A stretch of 64,000 nucleotides of DNA from Wenjunlia vitaminophila DSM 41686 (lineage in GTDB: Bacteria; Actinomycetota; Actinomycetes; Streptomycetales; Streptomycetaceae), in the NCBI RefSeq assembly GCF_000380165.1, contig NZ_KB904735.1:116721-180720 (forward strand). Reading direction: 5' to 3'. Every line of letters begins with the position of its first letter. The stretch's first letter is position 1. The position numbers were made by a program, and so were the translations under genes. Positions 62,520 through 64,000 of this stretch are shown in pieces. The notes below the pieces were generated by a model. The model had not been told where the DNA came from. It worked only from the letters and a program-made list of their open reading frames with translations, and did not search any database.

Positions 62520-63998
62520 GTGGAGAGCGTGACCGGCGACACGCGCGAGAAGCTGGTGGTCGAACGGGTCCCCAAGGGGTTGTTCATCGGCGGACGGTGG
62601 CGCGGCGCCGCCGACGGCGCCACCTTCGAGGTCGAGGACCCCTCGGTGGCCACGCCGCTGTGCTCGGTCCCGGACGGCGGGCCCCTCGACGCCCTGGACG
62701 CGCTCGAGGCGGCGGTGGCCGCCCAGGAGGCGTGGGCGGCGACCGCCCCCCGGGAGCGCGGTGAGATCCTGCGCCGCGCCTTCCACCTGCTGCTCGAGCG
62801 GCAGGAGGACCTGGCGCTGCTGATGACGCTGGAGATGGGCAAGCCACTCGCCGAGTCCCGGGGGGAGGTCGCCTACGCCGCCGAGTTCTTCCGTTGGTTC
62901 GCCGAGGAGGCGGTGCGGATCAGCGGGGAGTGGCACGCCCCGCCGGACGGCAACGGACGCATCCTGATCATGCGGCAGCCGGTCGGGCCCACCGTCCTGG
63001 TGACGCCGTGGAACTTCCCCATGGCGATGGGCACGAGGAAGATCGGTCCCGCGGTCGCCGCCGGCTGCACCATGGTCGTCAAGCCCGCGCCCCAGACGCC
63101 GCTGAGCATGCTGGCCCTCGGGGAGGTCATGGCGGAGGCCGGGCTCCCCGACGGGGTGCTGAACATCGTCACCACCACCCGGGCCGGCGAGGTCGTCGAA
63201 CCTCTCCTGCGCGACGGCCGCGTCCGCAAGCTGTCGTTCACCGGCTCCACCGCCGTGGGCCGTAAACTCATCGAGCAGAGCGCGGAACAGGTGCTGCGCA
63301 CCTCGATGGAGCTCGGCGGGAACGCCCCGTTCATCGTCTGCCGCGACGCCGACCTGGACCGGGCCGTCGAGGGCGCCCTCCAGGCCAAGATGCGCAACAT
63401 CGGTGAGGCCTGCACCGCGGCCAACCGCCTCTACGCCCACCGTTCGGTCGCCGCGGAGTTCACCGAGCGGCTCGCCGCCCGGCTCGGTGGGATGAGGGTC
63501 GGTCGGGGCACAGAACCGGGCGTGCAGGTCGGTCCGCTCATCGACGCCGCGGCCCGGGACAAGGTGGGCCGGCTGGTGGACCAGGCGCTGGCGGCCGGCG
63601 CCCAGCCGGTGCTCGAGGGCGGTCCGGTGGCCGGGAAGGCCGGGTACTACTACGCGCCCACCGTGCTCGCCGAGGTGCCGGCGGACGCCGAGGTGTGCCG
63701 GGAGGAGATCTTCGGCCCGGTCGCCCCCGTCATCACCTTCGACACCGACGAGGAGGTGCTCGCCCTCGCCAACGACACCGTGCACGGCCTGGTGAGTTAC
63801 GTGTTCACCGAGAACCTGCGCCGGGCGGTGTGGTTCGCCGAACGCCTGGAGTCGGGCATGGTCGGCCTCAACAAGGGGATCGTCTCCACCCCTGCGGCCC
63901 CCTTCGGCGGCGTCAAGCAGTCCGGGCTCGGCCGTGAGGGTGGCAGGGTCGGCATCGATGAGTACCTGGAGACCAAGTACGTCGCCCTGGACATGTGA
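62520..63998 (+). CDS. gabD: succinate-semialdehyde dehydrogenase (NAD(P)-dependent aldehyde dehydrogenase)
   Basis: ALDH catalytic Glu (MELGGNAPF) and Cys (EACTAANR). GTG start with a GGGAGG SD 12 nt upstream. Complete within the window. Confidence 0.85.
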   Translation: MESVTGDTREKLVVERVPKGLFIGGRWRGAADGATFEVEDPSVATPLCSVPDGGPLDALDALEAAVAAQEAWAATAPRERGEILRRAFHLLLERQEDLALLMTLEMGKPLAESRGEVAYAAEFFRWFAEEAVRISGEWHAPPDGNGRILIMRQPVGPTVLVTPWNFPMAMGTRKIGPAVAAGCTMVVKPAPQTPLSMLALGEVMAEAGLPDGVLNIVTTTRAGEVVEPLLRDGRVRKLSFTGSTAVGRKLIEQSAEQVLRTSMELGGNAPFIVCRDADLDRAVEGALQAKMRNIGEACTAANRLYAHRSVAAEFTERLAARLGGMRVGRGTEPGVQVGPLIDAAARDKVGRLVDQALAAGAQPVLEGGPVAGKAGYYYAPTVLAEVPADAEVCREEIFGPVAPVITFDTDEEVLALANDTVHGLVSYVFTENLRRAVWFAERLESGMVGLNKGIVSTPAAPFGGVKQSGLGREGGRVGIDEYLETKYVALDM

Positions 63999-64000
63999 CG

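Overview
This 64 kb window is high-GC (about 70-73 %) actinobacterial chromosome with Streptomyces-type content (rppA, cslA-glxA, rpf, a violaceoruber-type secreted PLA2, MurT/GatD, mycothiol-type formaldehyde detoxification). Both strands are densely coding; most long ORFs that overlap on the opposite strand are chance open frames caused by the GC skew. Housekeeping blocks: a 5'-partial PLP decarboxylase, SDR, GntR and ROK regulators; purB; SGNH hydrolase; a lone ABC ATPase; the biotin cluster bioB-bioA-bioD with divergent bioF; a lone clpP with an adjacent orphan Phd/YefM antitoxin; M28 aminopeptidase; a TetR plus membrane-transporter pair; pfkA; gatD-murT; acyl-CoA dehydrogenase; katE; a PucR regulator; fahA; class-III ADH plus MBL hydrolase; a GPH transporter; PLA2; a pentapeptide-repeat protein; ybdK; an Rpf-LysM-M23 protein with a probable c-di-AMP (ydaO) riboswitch leader; a three-subunit xanthine-dehydrogenase-family enzyme; rppA; glxA-cslA; a GT1 glycosyltransferase; gabT/gabD. 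Five items stand out. First, a compact RiPP-like locus: ABC exporter, then a 67-aa precursor with an acidic leader and a six-Cys knottin-spaced core, then a protein fusing a PqqD-like RRE to a CxxC thioredoxin fold, with an ABC-F ATPase convergent. Second, a complete ureA-ureB-ureC set in which the alpha subunit has lost essentially every nickel/catalytic residue and no accessory genes are present. Third, a 2.1 kb lower-GC insertion that splits a mug pseudogene and carries an intact SPFH(band-7)-Ser/Thr-kinase fusion gene. Fourth, the rpf leader with pseudo-twofold GGACCC elements typical of a ydaO riboswitch. Fifth, an orphan antitoxin with a TGTGCA/TGTACA operator beside a lone, slightly divergent clpP. 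No rRNA, tRNA, CRISPR array or recognisable transposase or integrase was seen.
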